From Planctomycetota bacterium (GTDB lineage: Bacteria > Planctomycetota > UBA8742 > UBA2392): a DNA stretch of 64,000 nt. The stretch covers positions 45,668 to 109,667 of the forward strand of contig JAIOJA010000008.1 in NCBI GenBank assembly GCA_019912315.1, written 5' to 3'. A program made the position numbers and the translations under genes. The notes beneath the pieces are model-generated. The model ran no database searches. It saw nothing but the letters and a program-made list of their open reading frames with translations, and was not told the DNA's origin. This document shows, in pieces, positions 1 to 10,217 of this stretch. Every line of letters begins with the position of its first letter. Within the stretch, counting starts at the first letter, position 1.

Positions 1-3000
1 ACATGCAAGCCGTTTGACACATTCGAGCGCACCAACTGGCGAACCATCGAGCCAGACCCGGGGATGATTCTGCCCGTCAGCGTCTACCGCGGCACGGTAT
101 TCGCCTCGCTCGAGAACCCCCTGTCCACGACCTACCACGACCCGAACCCGGACCCGAACTTCAACCTCTACAGCCACTACCCGAAGGTACGCCGCGCGCT
201 CTGCGCCGTGGACGGCGCCAGCGGGCGCCTGAAATGGAAGATCGGCGGGCTGTATGAAGGTGACCGCGACCAGCAGACAAACTTCCTGTCCGCAGTCGTG
301 CACGAGGGCACCCTCTACGCCATTGCCAGCCGCGTGCCCAGCATGGCCGAGATTTTTCTGTACGCCATCAATCCCGACACCGGCGAAATCAAGTGGGACC
401 TGCGCCTATGCTACGGACAGCAGGAAACCACCATGTTCGGACGCCCCGCCCGCGAGCCGCACCCAAGCCTGCCCTGCATCGCGGCCGGGCGCCTGTATCT
501 CACGACCAACATCGGCGGCGTCGTGTGCGTTGAGCTTGCGACGCGCAGCATCAACTGGATATCCCGCTATGACTACATCCCCCGCCCGATCACCAAGTAC
601 ATCGACACCTACTACCGCGAGGTCACCTGGTACAACAGCCCAACCATCTACACCGAGCACGAGGGCAAGAGCTACATCCTGGCCGCGCCCACGGACTCGC
701 GAAAGCTGTTCGCCCTGGACGCCCGCACCGGACAGATCATCTGGGACCTGAATCAGGAGAATCACCTGAACGGCGGGCGGGCACTGGTCGGCGCGCGCGA
801 CGGCATCTGTTACGTGGCGGGCGATGGCGGTGATTCCGGCGGCGGCGGCAGCCTGCTGCACAGGATCGACATCAGCAAAGGGCGCGTCACAAAGTCGCTC
901 AAAGTCACGCCCCACGGGCGCGGCAACATTCTGGCGCTGGTGGGGCGACCGTCCCTCGCCGCCAACCGCCTGCTGTGGCCGGGACAACAGTACGGCAACT
1001 CTTACTGCATGATCAGCGAAGTTGACCTCGACAGCTTCCGCGTGGTGAATTCGGAAACCGTCAGCAGCAGCTACGCCGGACAGGGCTACAGCGTGTTCGC
1101 GCAGCACGGCGTCGTCTTCACGACTTCCGGGCGCGATTACAGCCGCGGCAACGCCCAGTTGCAGGCGCGCTTCAGCTCGGGGTCGCTGCTGGCCGGCGCG
1201 CGCAAGGACTACGCCGAACACCCGCAAAGCGCCGAAGCCGCCGTGCGTTACGGGCTGCTTACGCTGCGTCTCGGCGACCGTGACGAAGGCATGAAGGCGC
1301 TCAAGAAGGGCTTCGAGCTGGCAGACGCGCCGCCGGGCAACCCCGCCGTGCGCGACCAGGCGGGGCGCGCCCTGGTGGATTACTACCTGGCGCTCGCGGA
1401 CAAGGCTCTGGGGGCACGCAAGCACACGGAGGCCCTGGGCTTCGTGCGCGACGCGCGGGAGTTCGCGACGGGGCGCAACCAGATGACGGACTGCTTCGTG
1501 CGAGAAGAACAGGCGCTGCTGGGCCAGGGCGACGCGAACGATATTGAAGCGTTCTATCGCGATACGATTCGCTCGGACCCTGACTTCGGCATGGGTGAGA
1601 ACCCGGAAATTCCGGTCGGGTATTACTGCCGTATCCGCCTGGCCGGGAGCCTGGAAGCGGGTGGCAAGGCGACCGAGGCGGTAGCATGGTGGCAGGAGAT
1701 TCAGGAGAGCCCGCCGCGCTATGAATGGCGAGGTGTGCCCTTGCGGGCGCTGGCCATTGAACACATACGCGAGGCCGTCCGCGCGCACGGGCGCGAGGTC
1801 TACTCCACCCAGGAGGCGAACGCGCGGGCGCTGGTGGAAACAGGCAACCCGGAGGCGCTCCGCAAGTGCCTGCTGCTTTATCCGCTGTCACACGCCTCGG
1901 ATACCGCGGCCCTTGAGCTGGCCTGGGAGAAGCGCACGGCCTGGGCCCCGCGCGAAGGCTCGGATCTTCTACGCCGCGCGGTTGACGAGTACGCGGACCG
2001 TCCCCGCCTGTCCGAGATCAACGCGCTGCTTGCGCTGTGTTACAGGGACGCGGGTGAGCGCCTGCGTGCCCGCCTGCTGGCAACTCGTGTTCTGCGCGAG
2101 CACCCGAAAGGGTCCCTGAACGTCGGTGGCGAATCCCTGTTCTTTGCGTCGATCCTCAAACCCCTGACCGAAGGCGACGCTGCGGAAAGCGCTAAGCAGG
2201 CCCTGCCGCAGCTTCCCGCCCAACTCAGCGAGTTGTGGGCGCGCAAGTGGGACGTCTCCGGCTTCACCCGTCTCCCCGCGCAGATTGTGTCGCAGCCGGA
2301 ACCCCGTATCTACGTCGGCGAAACCAACCGCGCGGGCAATCACATCGTCTCCCTTGACGCGGCAACAGGCAACCCGGCCTGGGATCGCCAGGTCAACATC
2401 GCGATCATGGAAACGTACCGCACACCGCGCGGGGTGCTGTTCGTGCAGGGCAACGGTTTCGCCCTTTACGATGACGAAGGCGGATTGCAGTGGGAGACGC
2501 CGTCCGGCGGCACACCCCAGCCGGTCAGCCTTGACGGCGCGCTGCTGGTGTATGGCACGCGATCGTTCAACACCGGCACGCGCAAGAACATGGTGCATAT
2601 TACCGCTCGTGACGCCGACTCCGGCAGCGAGTTGTGGGAAACCGAACTGGAAGGCAACTCGGTGCACTGGATCGGCCAGACAGCCGCGGGCATTGTTGTT
2701 GTGACGCTCGGTGACGAGGTCGCCATGTACCGACTTGAGCCCGAGTTCGGGGAGGTGCAGGCCCAGCGCATCCTCGACACACAGGGGCGCATCACGGTCA
2801 CGCCCGCCGTTGTGGAAGGACAGGTGCTTGTCGCTGACCGCGACGGCAAAATGCACGTGCTGGACCTGGACAAGCTTACGACCGTACGGACGTTCGAAAC
2901 CCGGGTGCGCTACCCCACCATGCTTGAGCCCACCAAGGCGGGCGTGCTGGTTGTGGGGATGAACAACACGGCGGTGTTCGACATTGACAAGGGCGCCGAG

Positions 3001-3426
3001 GTCTGGGGCGCCGCCTACGGCGACAACGCATCCGTCACGGCGCAGGTACTGCTGAAGGATTCCATCGTGATCGCAACTCGCACCCCGGGTGCGCCGGGCC
3101 GGATTATCGGGTTCAACCTCGCTGACGGCAAACGCGCCTTTAGCTACGACATTCCACGCGCCAATGAATCCGACCGTGTGGACCTGCAACGAGCCGCCCC
3201 CTTTGACGGCGGGCTGGTTGTGGCCTTCACGGACAACCGCATCACGAACGGACGCATGAACCTGTGGGGCTTTCGTCTCGTGGCTTTGAACGCCGACGGC
3301 ACCGAGCGGTTCAAGTGGGAGCACCAGGTGGATGGCGCCGCGTTGTTTACGCAGCTCGCGCTGATCGACAACCACATCGCCTTTACCTGTGACAGCACAA
3401 CGTTCTGCTTCGGACGCCGGGAGTAG
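1..3426 (+). CDS. PQQ-like (BamB-type) beta-propeller repeat protein: two propeller blocks flanking a TPR-like helical region. Probably 5'-truncated by the window edge (frame is open from nt 1; first ATG at 64).
   Basis: Repeated motifs of the type LYAI...NPDTGEIKWD, LFALDARTGQIIWD and SLDAATGNPAWD are typical of PQQ/BamB propeller blades. The central Ala/Leu-rich helical segment is TPR-like. The in-frame translation upstream of Met64 (TCKPFDTFERTNWRTIEPDPG) has no stop and a natural amino-acid composition. Confidence 0.6.
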   Translation, partial: TCKPFDTFERTNWRTIEPDPGMILPVSVYRGTVFASLENPLSTTYHDPNPDPNFNLYSHYPKVRRALCAVDGASGRLKWKIGGLYEGDRDQQTNFLSAVVHEGTLYAIASRVPSMAEIFLYAINPDTGEIKWDLRLCYGQQETTMFGRPAREPHPSLPCIAAGRLYLTTNIGGVVCVELATRSINWISRYDYIPRPITKYIDTYYREVTWYNSPTIYTEHEGKSYILAAPTDSRKLFALDARTGQIIWDLNQENHLNGGRALVGARDGICYVAGDGGDSGGGGSLLHRIDISKGRVTKSLKVTPHGRGNILALVGRPSLAANRLLWPGQQYGNSYCMISEVDLDSFRVVNSETVSSSYAGQGYSVFAQHGVVFTTSGRDYSRGNAQLQARFSSGSLLAGARKDYAEHPQSAEAAVRYGLLTLRLGDRDEGMKALKKGFELADAPPGNPAVRDQAGRALVDYYLALADKALGARKHTEALGFVRDAREFATGRNQMTDCFVREEQALLGQGDANDIEAFYRDTIRSDPDFGMGENPEIPVGYYCRIRLAGSLEAGGKATEAVAWWQEIQESPPRYEWRGVPLRALAIEHIREAVRAHGREVYSTQEANARALVETGNPEALRKCLLLYPLSHASDTAALELAWEKRTAWAPREGSDLLRRAVDEYADRPRLSEINALLALCYRDAGERLRARLLATRVLREHPKGSLNVGGESLFFASILKPLTEGDAAESAKQALPQLPAQLSELWARKWDVSGFTRLPAQIVSQPEPRIYVGETNRAGNHIVSLDAATGNPAWDRQVNIAIMETYRTPRGVLFVQGNGFALYDDEGGLQWETPSGGTPQPVSLDGALLVYGTRSFNTGTRKNMVHITARDADSGSELWETELEGNSVHWIGQTAAGIVVVTLGDEVAMYRLEPEFGEVQAQRILDTQGRITVTPAVVEGQVLVADRDGKMHVLDLDKLTTVRTFETRVRYPTMLEPTKAGVLVVGMNNTAVFDIDKGAEVWGAAYGDNASVTAQVLLKDSIVIATRTPGAPGRIIGFNLADGKRAFSYDIPRANESDRVDLQRAAPFDGGLVVAFTDNRITNGRMNLWGFRLVALNADGTERFKWEHQVDGAALFTQLALIDNHIAFTCDSTTFCFGRRE

Positions 3427-3497
3427 GGTCGAGGCATTGGACTCTGAACTCAACCCTGCCGCCTGTCGTGGCGAGGGCAACGGCATTTCGATATAAC

Positions 3498-4469
3498 ATG
3501 GCCATGACAGACATCCGTGAATTCGGCAAATCCGTGTTGCAGCGCGAATCCGAAGGGATCACGCGCCTGGCGGGGCTGCTCGACGAGAACTTCGATCGTG
3601 CCGTTGACGCCATGCTGAAGTGCACCGGACACGTCGTCGTTTCCGGCGTCGGCAAGCCTTGGCTGATCGGGCAGAAGATCAGCGCGACCCTCGCCAGCAC
3701 GGGCACGCCGAGCTTCGCCCTTCACCCCAGCGAAGCCATGCACGGCGATCTCGGGCGCTTGCGCAAGCACGACGTCGTCATCGCCCTTTCCAACAGCGGC
3801 ACAAGCGAAGAGATCACACGGCTGCTGCCCGTCGTAAAACGCATCGGCTGCCTGTGCATCGGGCTGACCAGCAATGTCGATTCGCCGCTCGCGTCCAACA
3901 GCGATATCGTCATCAACATGGGCAAAGTCAGCGAGGCCTGTCCAATCGGCATGGCGCCCAGCGTCAGCACGACGGTGATGCTCGCCCTGGGTGACGCGCT
4001 GGCGCTTGTGGTAATGAAAGCGCGCGAGTTCACGAAGGAGGATTACGCCCGCTTTCACCCCGGCGGCGCACTCGGACGCAGCCTCATGAAGGTCGGCGAT
4101 ATCATGCGCCCCATTGAGGAAACCGCCGTGGTGGGCGTGACCGCAATGGTGGTGGACGCGCTTCACGCCATCACGCTGCACAAGACCGGCGCCGCGTTCA
4201 TCGTGGACAAGGGCGTGGTAAAGGGCGTGTTCACGGATGGCGACCTGCGCCGCCACGTGGATGACGAAAACCTGCTCAGCCAGCCCATTGTGGACGTGAT
4301 GACCAGCCCCTGCCTGACGATCCATGAGGACAAGCTGGCCCCCGAGGCCGTGCGCATGATGCAACGGGACAAGCGCCTGGTGATCGGTGAGTTACCGGTG
4401 GTGGACGCCGCTCGCAAGCTGCGCGGTCACGTGGCTCTCAAGGATCTCGTGGTCATGCACTTCATGTAG
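3498..4469 (+). CDS. kdsD: KpsF/GutQ-family sugar isomerase (arabinose-5-phosphate isomerase; SIS domain plus tandem CBS domains)
   Basis: N-terminal SIS motif (VVVSGVGKPWLIGQKISATLASTGTPSFALHPSEAMHGDLG) and two C-terminal CBS-like segments. Length about 320 aa. Two ATG starts are possible (3498 or 3504); an alternative-start ORF runs from 3468. Confidence 0.85.
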   Translation: MAMTDIREFGKSVLQRESEGITRLAGLLDENFDRAVDAMLKCTGHVVVSGVGKPWLIGQKISATLASTGTPSFALHPSEAMHGDLGRLRKHDVVIALSNSGTSEEITRLLPVVKRIGCLCIGLTSNVDSPLASNSDIVINMGKVSEACPIGMAPSVSTTVMLALGDALALVVMKAREFTKEDYARFHPGGALGRSLMKVGDIMRPIEETAVVGVTAMVVDALHAITLHKTGAAFIVDKGVVKGVFTDGDLRRHVDDENLLSQPIVDVMTSPCLTIHEDKLAPEAVRMMQRDKRLVIGELPVVDAARKLRGHVALKDLVVMHFM

Positions 4470-4493
4470 GTCAGCGCGCCGCGTAAACCTACA

Positions 4494-6362
4494 ATGCGCG
4501 TCATGCCCGGTAACTTCACCTTTGACGTTGAGTTCGATGCACCCGTCGCCGATGTATGGCGCGTCGTATCGGATACGGACATGATCGACGCCGCCGGCGG
4601 GATGCCGGCCGTGGACTACCGCGACGAGCCCCAACCGGATGGCACCACGCGACGCTTCTGCAGCTACAAGGTTCACGGCTTCGTTTTCGAGTACGAAGAG
4701 TTGCCCTTCACGTGGATCCACGAGCGGCACTACGACGTGCGGCGCATCTACAGTAAGGGCGCGTTCAAAACATTCCGGCACTCCTGCGAAATCATCCCGC
4801 GCGAAGGCGGCTGCACCGTGCGCACGACTTTCGAGTGGGAAAAGGCCGGGGGCTTTCTCGGGTTCTTTGCAAAATCCGGCACCCGCAACAACGGACTGAT
4901 CCCCTACCAGAAACTGTTCCGGGATGCGGCCCGGCGCCTCAAGCAGAATACGACCACAGAGAAGCGCCATAGCGTGATCCTGAAACGCCCCGTGGAGATT
5001 GACTCGCTGGGTGACAAGCCGCCCGAGGTAAACACCGAACAGTTGGGCAAGTTAAAGGAACGCACCCGCGCGCTCTATGATACTCCGCTGGTAGACAAAC
5101 TGGCCGAGGCCGTGCGTGACCTTCCGGGCGAAAGGCTGCGACGTATGCAGCCCTACGCCTTCGCGCGCCGCTGGACCGCAGACAGACAGCAGACCTTGAA
5201 CCAGTTCCTGGCCGCGACGCGCGCCGGGCTGCTGAAGATGCGCTGGGACGTGATCTGCCCCCACTGCCGCGGCGACAAGCTGAACCTGGGCTCCCTGTCC
5301 GAGGTTCAGCAGAAGGCCTTCTGCCCAAGCTGCAACATCGACTTCGACGTTGACCTCGACCGCAGTCTCGAGGCCGTTTTTACCCCGCACCCGCAGGTAC
5401 GCGACGTGCCGAACGCGCAATACTGCCTCGGCGGCCCGGGAACAACGCCGCATATTGTTTACCAGCAAGTGCTGGAGCCGGGAAGCGAGCACGCGTTCAC
5501 ATTCCAGCTTGCCGAGGGGCGCTATCGCATTCGCATCACCGGCGCGGACGAGTACCGCTGGCTGGACGTCAAGGCCGACTCCAACGCGTCGAATGAAGTG
5601 GCGTTCACGATCAGTGACACCGGCATCGACGGCGCGGACGCCGCCCCGCGCGAATCGCAGCCCATCGCTGTGACGTTCCGGAACGCCAGCCAACGCCGCG
5701 TCGTGGTCGTGATTGAAAGCGTCGAGTGGGCCCGCGACGCGCTAAGCGCCGGTGAACTCGTGGCCGACCAGCGCTTCCGCGACCTGTTCAGCAATGAAGT
5801 GCTCGCGCCCGGCATCAGTCTCGCGGTCGAAGACGCCACCATCCTGTTCACCGATGTCGTTGGAAGCACGGCCATGTACAACACACTGGGCGATGCCAAG
5901 GCCTTCAGTCTTGTGCGAACGCACTTCGACGTGCTGCATGAGATTGTCGAAAAGCACCGGGGGGCCATCGTCAAGACCATCGGCGACGCGATCATGGGCG
6001 TCTTCACCAGCCCGGAAACAGCGCTGCTGGCCGCCAACGACCTGCACCGCAAGGTTGACAGGTACGTGCGCGAACGCGGACACACCGACGGCATCCGGTT
6101 GAAAATCGGGCTGCACGCCGGCGCATGCATTGCCGTCACCCTGAACGAGCGTCTGGATTACTTCGGGACGACGGTGAACCTGGCCGCGCGCGTTGAGGGC
6201 ATGAGCCAAGGTGGCGATATCATGGTAACGCGAATGCTGGCGGAGCGCACCAACGACTGCGAAAGCCTGCGGGCCGCGGGCTGGCAAAGCAGCCTGGAGC
6301 ACGCCCACGCCAAAGGGTTCGCCGAGCCCGTGCCGGTCCTGCGTTTCACATGCGCTGATTAA
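4494..6362 (+). CDS. Class III adenylate/guanylate cyclase with an N-terminal SRPBCC (polyketide-cyclase/START-like) domain and a central C4 zinc-ribbon
   Basis: C-terminal cyclase catalytic motifs (ILFTDVVGSTAMY, KTIGDAIMGVF, GLHAGACIAV, FGTTVNLAARVEG). N-terminal SRPBCC-like region (FTFDVEFDAPVADVWRVVSD). Middle CPHC...CPSC motif. Confidence 0.8.
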   Translation: MRVMPGNFTFDVEFDAPVADVWRVVSDTDMIDAAGGMPAVDYRDEPQPDGTTRRFCSYKVHGFVFEYEELPFTWIHERHYDVRRIYSKGAFKTFRHSCEIIPREGGCTVRTTFEWEKAGGFLGFFAKSGTRNNGLIPYQKLFRDAARRLKQNTTTEKRHSVILKRPVEIDSLGDKPPEVNTEQLGKLKERTRALYDTPLVDKLAEAVRDLPGERLRRMQPYAFARRWTADRQQTLNQFLAATRAGLLKMRWDVICPHCRGDKLNLGSLSEVQQKAFCPSCNIDFDVDLDRSLEAVFTPHPQVRDVPNAQYCLGGPGTTPHIVYQQVLEPGSEHAFTFQLAEGRYRIRITGADEYRWLDVKADSNASNEVAFTISDTGIDGADAAPRESQPIAVTFRNASQRRVVVVIESVEWARDALSAGELVADQRFRDLFSNEVLAPGISLAVEDATILFTDVVGSTAMYNTLGDAKAFSLVRTHFDVLHEIVEKHRGAIVKTIGDAIMGVFTSPETALLAANDLHRKVDRYVRERGHTDGIRLKIGLHAGACIAVTLNERLDYFGTTVNLAARVEGMSQGGDIMVTRMLAERTNDCESLRAAGWQSSLEHAHAKGFAEPVPVLRFTCAD

Positions 6363-6413
6363 AGAGGACGGGCCCGACAGGAATATCGGGCCCGTCCCGA
6401 TTGCCATACCCCG

Positions 6414-9400
6414 CTACTCGCCGGACAGATCGCGGTCGGATTCTCGGTACCAGAACGTGCGCACCCGCTTGATCAGATCACGGTAGTTCTCGAACTCGTC
6501 GCCCAAGCGCTCGAACCTCGTACGATACACCCACTCCTCGGCCACGTAGCGCGGATTGAAGAACGCTTTGCTGACCTTCGTGCCGCCGCCGTCGGCCGGG
6601 CTGGGCATGTCCGGCACGGTGGCGTCGATCTCAAGCCCCGCGTTGCTGACCTGCCCGCGCAAGCCGCGGACGTAGACGTTGGCGAAGTCCCACTCGCGCC
6701 CGACATCCTCAAAGATCGCGACACCCCACATCTCGCTGATGTAGCGGGTCAGGAAGCGCGGCGCATCCGTGCCGTCCCAGCGGTTGGCCGGGCCGATCTT
6801 GTCCGCCAGGCGCGTCAGCACTTCCCACTGCCCGTCGTCATTCCGGAACACCAGCGGGGGCGGTACGGTCCAGCGACTCCAGGTCTGGTAGGTCTGGTCC
6901 TGGTCAATGCCGTTGTCCACTTCGTCGGTCTTGCCGAACTCGCCCGAGCGCGGCCCGGTGCCCGTGAAGTCCTGGTTGCCTTCCTTTACGACCTGCTCGT
7001 TGCGGAAACGGTCCACGTACTCGATGACCTCGCGGTCTTCCACGGTTACGTTCGGGTTGATCTCACCCTGCACGCGATTACCGCTCTCGTCCCATGTGTC
7101 GGGCAGGTGCGTGGCGCGGCGCTCGGCCTCGGCCCAGTCTTCGCCGCGCTGGTTGTCCTCAAGGCGCTTGCTGCCGTCCCACACGCCGACAACCACTTCC
7201 GTAGGAACCATCTTCGAGGTCACGATCTTGACCTTGACCACGTCGTCGCCCGGCGCGGCACCCTTGATTTCGGCGTACTCGTCGGCGGTCACGTAGCGGA
7301 CCTTGCCGTTGCCGTCCACGACCTCGTAGCCGTCAACAACGACGGGCTCGGAGACCGTGCGCTCTTCCCAGATCAGGCGCACCAACGGCAGAACAATCTC
7401 AACGTCTTCCTCTACAAGACTGCCGCTCCTCATGCGCTGGACCTTCTGCCGCGTACGGGTGAACTTGATGCTCTTCTTCTGCAACTCGAAGCGATCGCCG
7501 CCGTACTGACCCTTGAAACCCTCATCCTGCTGCGGCAGCGGCTCATACTCATAAAGGTAGACGTACTCGTACTCGAACTCCTTGAGGTACAGGATCTGGT
7601 CCAGCGAGTCGCGCACAAGGTTGCCCTGACTGTCCGTGAGCGGAATGCGCGCGCCCGACAACTCGTCGTAATAATCGCGCCAGGCCCCGTATTGGTCGAA
7701 AGCCGGCACCGGCACCGCATCATCCTGGGCCGTGCCAAGCGGCGCATAGACATACTCTTCGCCGTCGTGCAGGTTCGCGCCCGAGGGCACGGGGGCCACA
7801 CGGTGTGTGCTGAATTCACCTTCAGGGTCACGGGCGAAGTCTTCCGGGTCAACCAGTTTGGGGCTGTAGCGACGCCCGGTCGTGTAATCCTGAACTTCCA
7901 GGATCACTTCCCCCTGCGGGCCGCGGCGCCCTGTGTCGATGCCGCGCTGGATCACTTCGGGCTCGGAGTCGCCGGCTTCGCCGCCGATAAAGCGCCCCAT
8001 CTTGATCTTCGGCAGACCGATCAGCGGGTCGTCCGCCGTCAGGGCGCGCCCCACGATGTCGCCCGTGTTTGAATAACGCGACAGCAACCCCTCACCAAGG
8101 CGCGCGCGCCAGATGTCCCACTCGCCCTGGCTGACTACGTCGCCGGCTTCGTAGGTCACCAGATAGCGGCGAACCGCCCGCCCGCGTTTGTCCACCACCT
8201 TGACCGGACGCCCCTCCACGTCGCCGCCGAACATCTCCAGCCCGCCAGCTTCCTGGGCGTCGCCATAGCGCGCGTCGGCCGGGCCGACGATCTTGCCGCT
8301 GATGCGGTAGGTGGTGTTCGGAATTTCGGCGTGCTTGACGCCGGTGTCCCAGCCGACCAGCACGCGGTCATGTGATTTGTACAGGCGGTAATGCGGGATC
8401 AGCACGGGCTGGTCAACCAGCGGATGCTCTGCGCCCAGCACGCCGAAGTTGCCGCTGTTCGGGTCGCGTCCGCCGGCGATGCGGGCGTTAAGATAGCCCG
8501 GGTCGTTGGCGCGCAGGGGGCGTCCCCAGCGGTCAACGCAATCGCCTGCCATATAGCGGCGCTGGGTCAGCTTGCCCCACAGGTCGTCGCCTGAATCCTT
8601 GATCAACCGCGCACCGTCGGGCAGCGGGTCGCCTTCGCCGTACAGTCCGGCAAAGGTGTCGTCGCCGTAGACGGCTACATAGCGGGTGGCTTCCACGCGG
8701 TCGCCGTCCTTGACGGTGACGGTGCGATACGGCAGGCAGCGCAGCCCGGACAGGTCCGGCGCGTCAAGGTTATGCGCGGGACCGATCTGACGCTGGAAGT
8801 CGGACAGGGGGTGCAGCAACATGACCGCTTCGTTGATGTAGCCGTAGTTGCCCATCCACTCGTACAGCCCTTCCTTTTCGGCGATCTTCTGCAGCACGAA
8901 ATGGTTGCTGACCGGCTTGTGAATGTGCTTCATGTTGGAGCGCCGCAGCTCGCGGGCTTCGTCGTTGATAACCTCGTCCTCAGGGTCCACGGGCCAGGCC
9001 GTGTCGCCGGGGTACTTTTCCATATCCTGACTGAAGGTGTGGAACTCGAAATCCAGGTGGGCGCTGACGGGCACGCCTTCCAGGTCGTCTGTCGTGCCAC
9101 CCTCTACTTTGCGCGGCCCAGGCGGACGATCGAGATTAACTTCGCTTGTGTCGATGCCCGGCAGAGTCGTTGATTTGATGTTCCGGGTGTTGTCGTTGAT
9201 GACGCGGAACAGCACGTACCAGTACTCCTGCGCGCTGCCGTCCGCATGGTTGATGACGATGCGCTGCGGGTCCGCCATGTCGAGCTTGAGCTGCCATTGC
9301 GGATCGTTCAGCTTGCGCTCGGCCTTTTCAATGAAGTCCTGATAAGTTTCACCGGAGTATGGGTCGGGCCCGCGGTTGCCCTGCTGCGGGTTGTCCGCAC

Positions 9401-9545
9401 CCTGGTGGGCCTCGCGGTCGCCGTCCTTGGTAAGGTCATCGCCGGCGCCATCCGGGATTTCCTTCAGGGACTTCTGCGCGAGACTCAAGGTAAAGAGGAA
9501 CCCCAGCACCAGCAAAATTGTGGTCGCACGAAAAACATAACGCAT
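6414..9545 (-). CDS. Large secreted hypothetical protein (about 1043 aa) with an N-terminal signal peptide
   Basis: Long ORF with D/E/K/Y-rich natural composition. Signal peptide MRYVFRATTILLVLGFLFTLSLAQ at the ATG at 9545 (the track ORF starts 31 codons further upstream at a non-ATG start). No family recognised. Confidence 0.6.
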   Translation of the reverse strand: MRYVFRATTILLVLGFLFTLSLAQKSLKEIPDGAGDDLTKDGDREAHQGADNPQQGNRGPDPYSGETYQDFIEKAERKLNDPQWQLKLDMADPQRIVINHADGSAQEYWYVLFRVINDNTRNIKSTTLPGIDTSEVNLDRPPGPRKVEGGTTDDLEGVPVSAHLDFEFHTFSQDMEKYPGDTAWPVDPEDEVINDEARELRRSNMKHIHKPVSNHFVLQKIAEKEGLYEWMGNYGYINEAVMLLHPLSDFQRQIGPAHNLDAPDLSGLRCLPYRTVTVKDGDRVEATRYVAVYGDDTFAGLYGEGDPLPDGARLIKDSGDDLWGKLTQRRYMAGDCVDRWGRPLRANDPGYLNARIAGGRDPNSGNFGVLGAEHPLVDQPVLIPHYRLYKSHDRVLVGWDTGVKHAEIPNTTYRISGKIVGPADARYGDAQEAGGLEMFGGDVEGRPVKVVDKRGRAVRRYLVTYEAGDVVSQGEWDIWRARLGEGLLSRYSNTGDIVGRALTADDPLIGLPKIKMGRFIGGEAGDSEPEVIQRGIDTGRRGPQGEVILEVQDYTTGRRYSPKLVDPEDFARDPEGEFSTHRVAPVPSGANLHDGEEYVYAPLGTAQDDAVPVPAFDQYGAWRDYYDELSGARIPLTDSQGNLVRDSLDQILYLKEFEYEYVYLYEYEPLPQQDEGFKGQYGGDRFELQKKSIKFTRTRQKVQRMRSGSLVEEDVEIVLPLVRLIWEERTVSEPVVVDGYEVVDGNGKVRYVTADEYAEIKGAAPGDDVVKVKIVTSKMVPTEVVVGVWDGSKRLEDNQRGEDWAEAERRATHLPDTWDESGNRVQGEINPNVTVEDREVIEYVDRFRNEQVVKEGNQDFTGTGPRSGEFGKTDEVDNGIDQDQTYQTWSRWTVPPPLVFRNDDGQWEVLTRLADKIGPANRWDGTDAPRFLTRYISEMWGVAIFEDVGREWDFANVYVRGLRGQVSNAGLEIDATVPDMPSPADGGGTKVSKAFFNPRYVAEEWVYRTRFERLGDEFENYRDLIKRVRTFWYRESDRDLSGE

Positions 9546-9860
9546 GCGAAACTCCAGGTTTCGAAGCTTGTACAGCCTGTTGGGGGGAGCCTGAATCTTA
9601 GATGAAGCCCCCCAAGGGTCAAGGCTTGCACCTGTCACGGTTCGGTCAGCCTGCCATCCGTGAAACTCCGCCTATTGCGTGATTACAGTCACTCATCTGG
9701 GTGAGATTGCCGGGAGCCGTAACCGAGAAGAAGCGGCCGTCGCCACCAAATCAGGGAACAGCATACACTATTGGCGTTGCTCTGGGCTTGGCGGAGGTGT
9801 TGATCCAGGCGCGGCGTGCGCGATTTTCGACCATCAACCATCGATGATCCCCACGCCCGG

Positions 9861-10214
9861 CTATTCGTAGAGGTTTTCCACGTCCACGTTTTCGTTCTCG
9901 ATGAAACTGCCAAGCATGTAGTTGTGCGGGCTGGGCAGCAGGCTCATCTGATCGCCGTGGTAGTTCTCAACGTGGCGCAGCATGTCGCGCGGTGTGCGAA
10001 ACGCCAGATAAATGAAGAACGTGCGGTCGCGGTCCTTGATGCCGAAGCCGCTCGGCGTTTCGCCGCCCGGATGCGCTTCCGGCTGGACGTAGCTGCCGTG
10101 AACGAAACCGGGGTTCAGCTTCGCGGCCTTGATGTAGCGGTCAAGGGCGAGCCTGGTGCCGTCCTCTTCGCCCGGCTGGCAGATCACTTTGATCCACTGG
10201 GTGTACATGCCCAT
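9861..10214 (-). CDS. Small hypothetical protein (117 aa), co-directional with and 4 nt downstream of the oxidoreductase gene
   Basis: Compact ORF with normal composition and C/G-rich third positions. Possibly a Dabb/EthD-like small alpha/beta protein, but not recognised with confidence. Confidence 0.45.
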   Translation of the reverse strand: MGMYTQWIKVICQPGEEDGTRLALDRYIKAAKLNPGFVHGSYVQPEAHPGGETPSGFGIKDRDRTFFIYLAFRTPRDMLRHVENYHGDQMSLLPSPHNYMLGSFIENENVDVENLYE

Positions 10215-10217
10215 TTC

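Noticed and set aside
406-3486. Minus-strand ORFs 406-1788 (460 aa) and 1969-3486 (505 aa) antisense to the PQQ-repeat gene
   Set aside because: Antisense artefacts. The plus-strand product shows repeated propeller-blade motifs.
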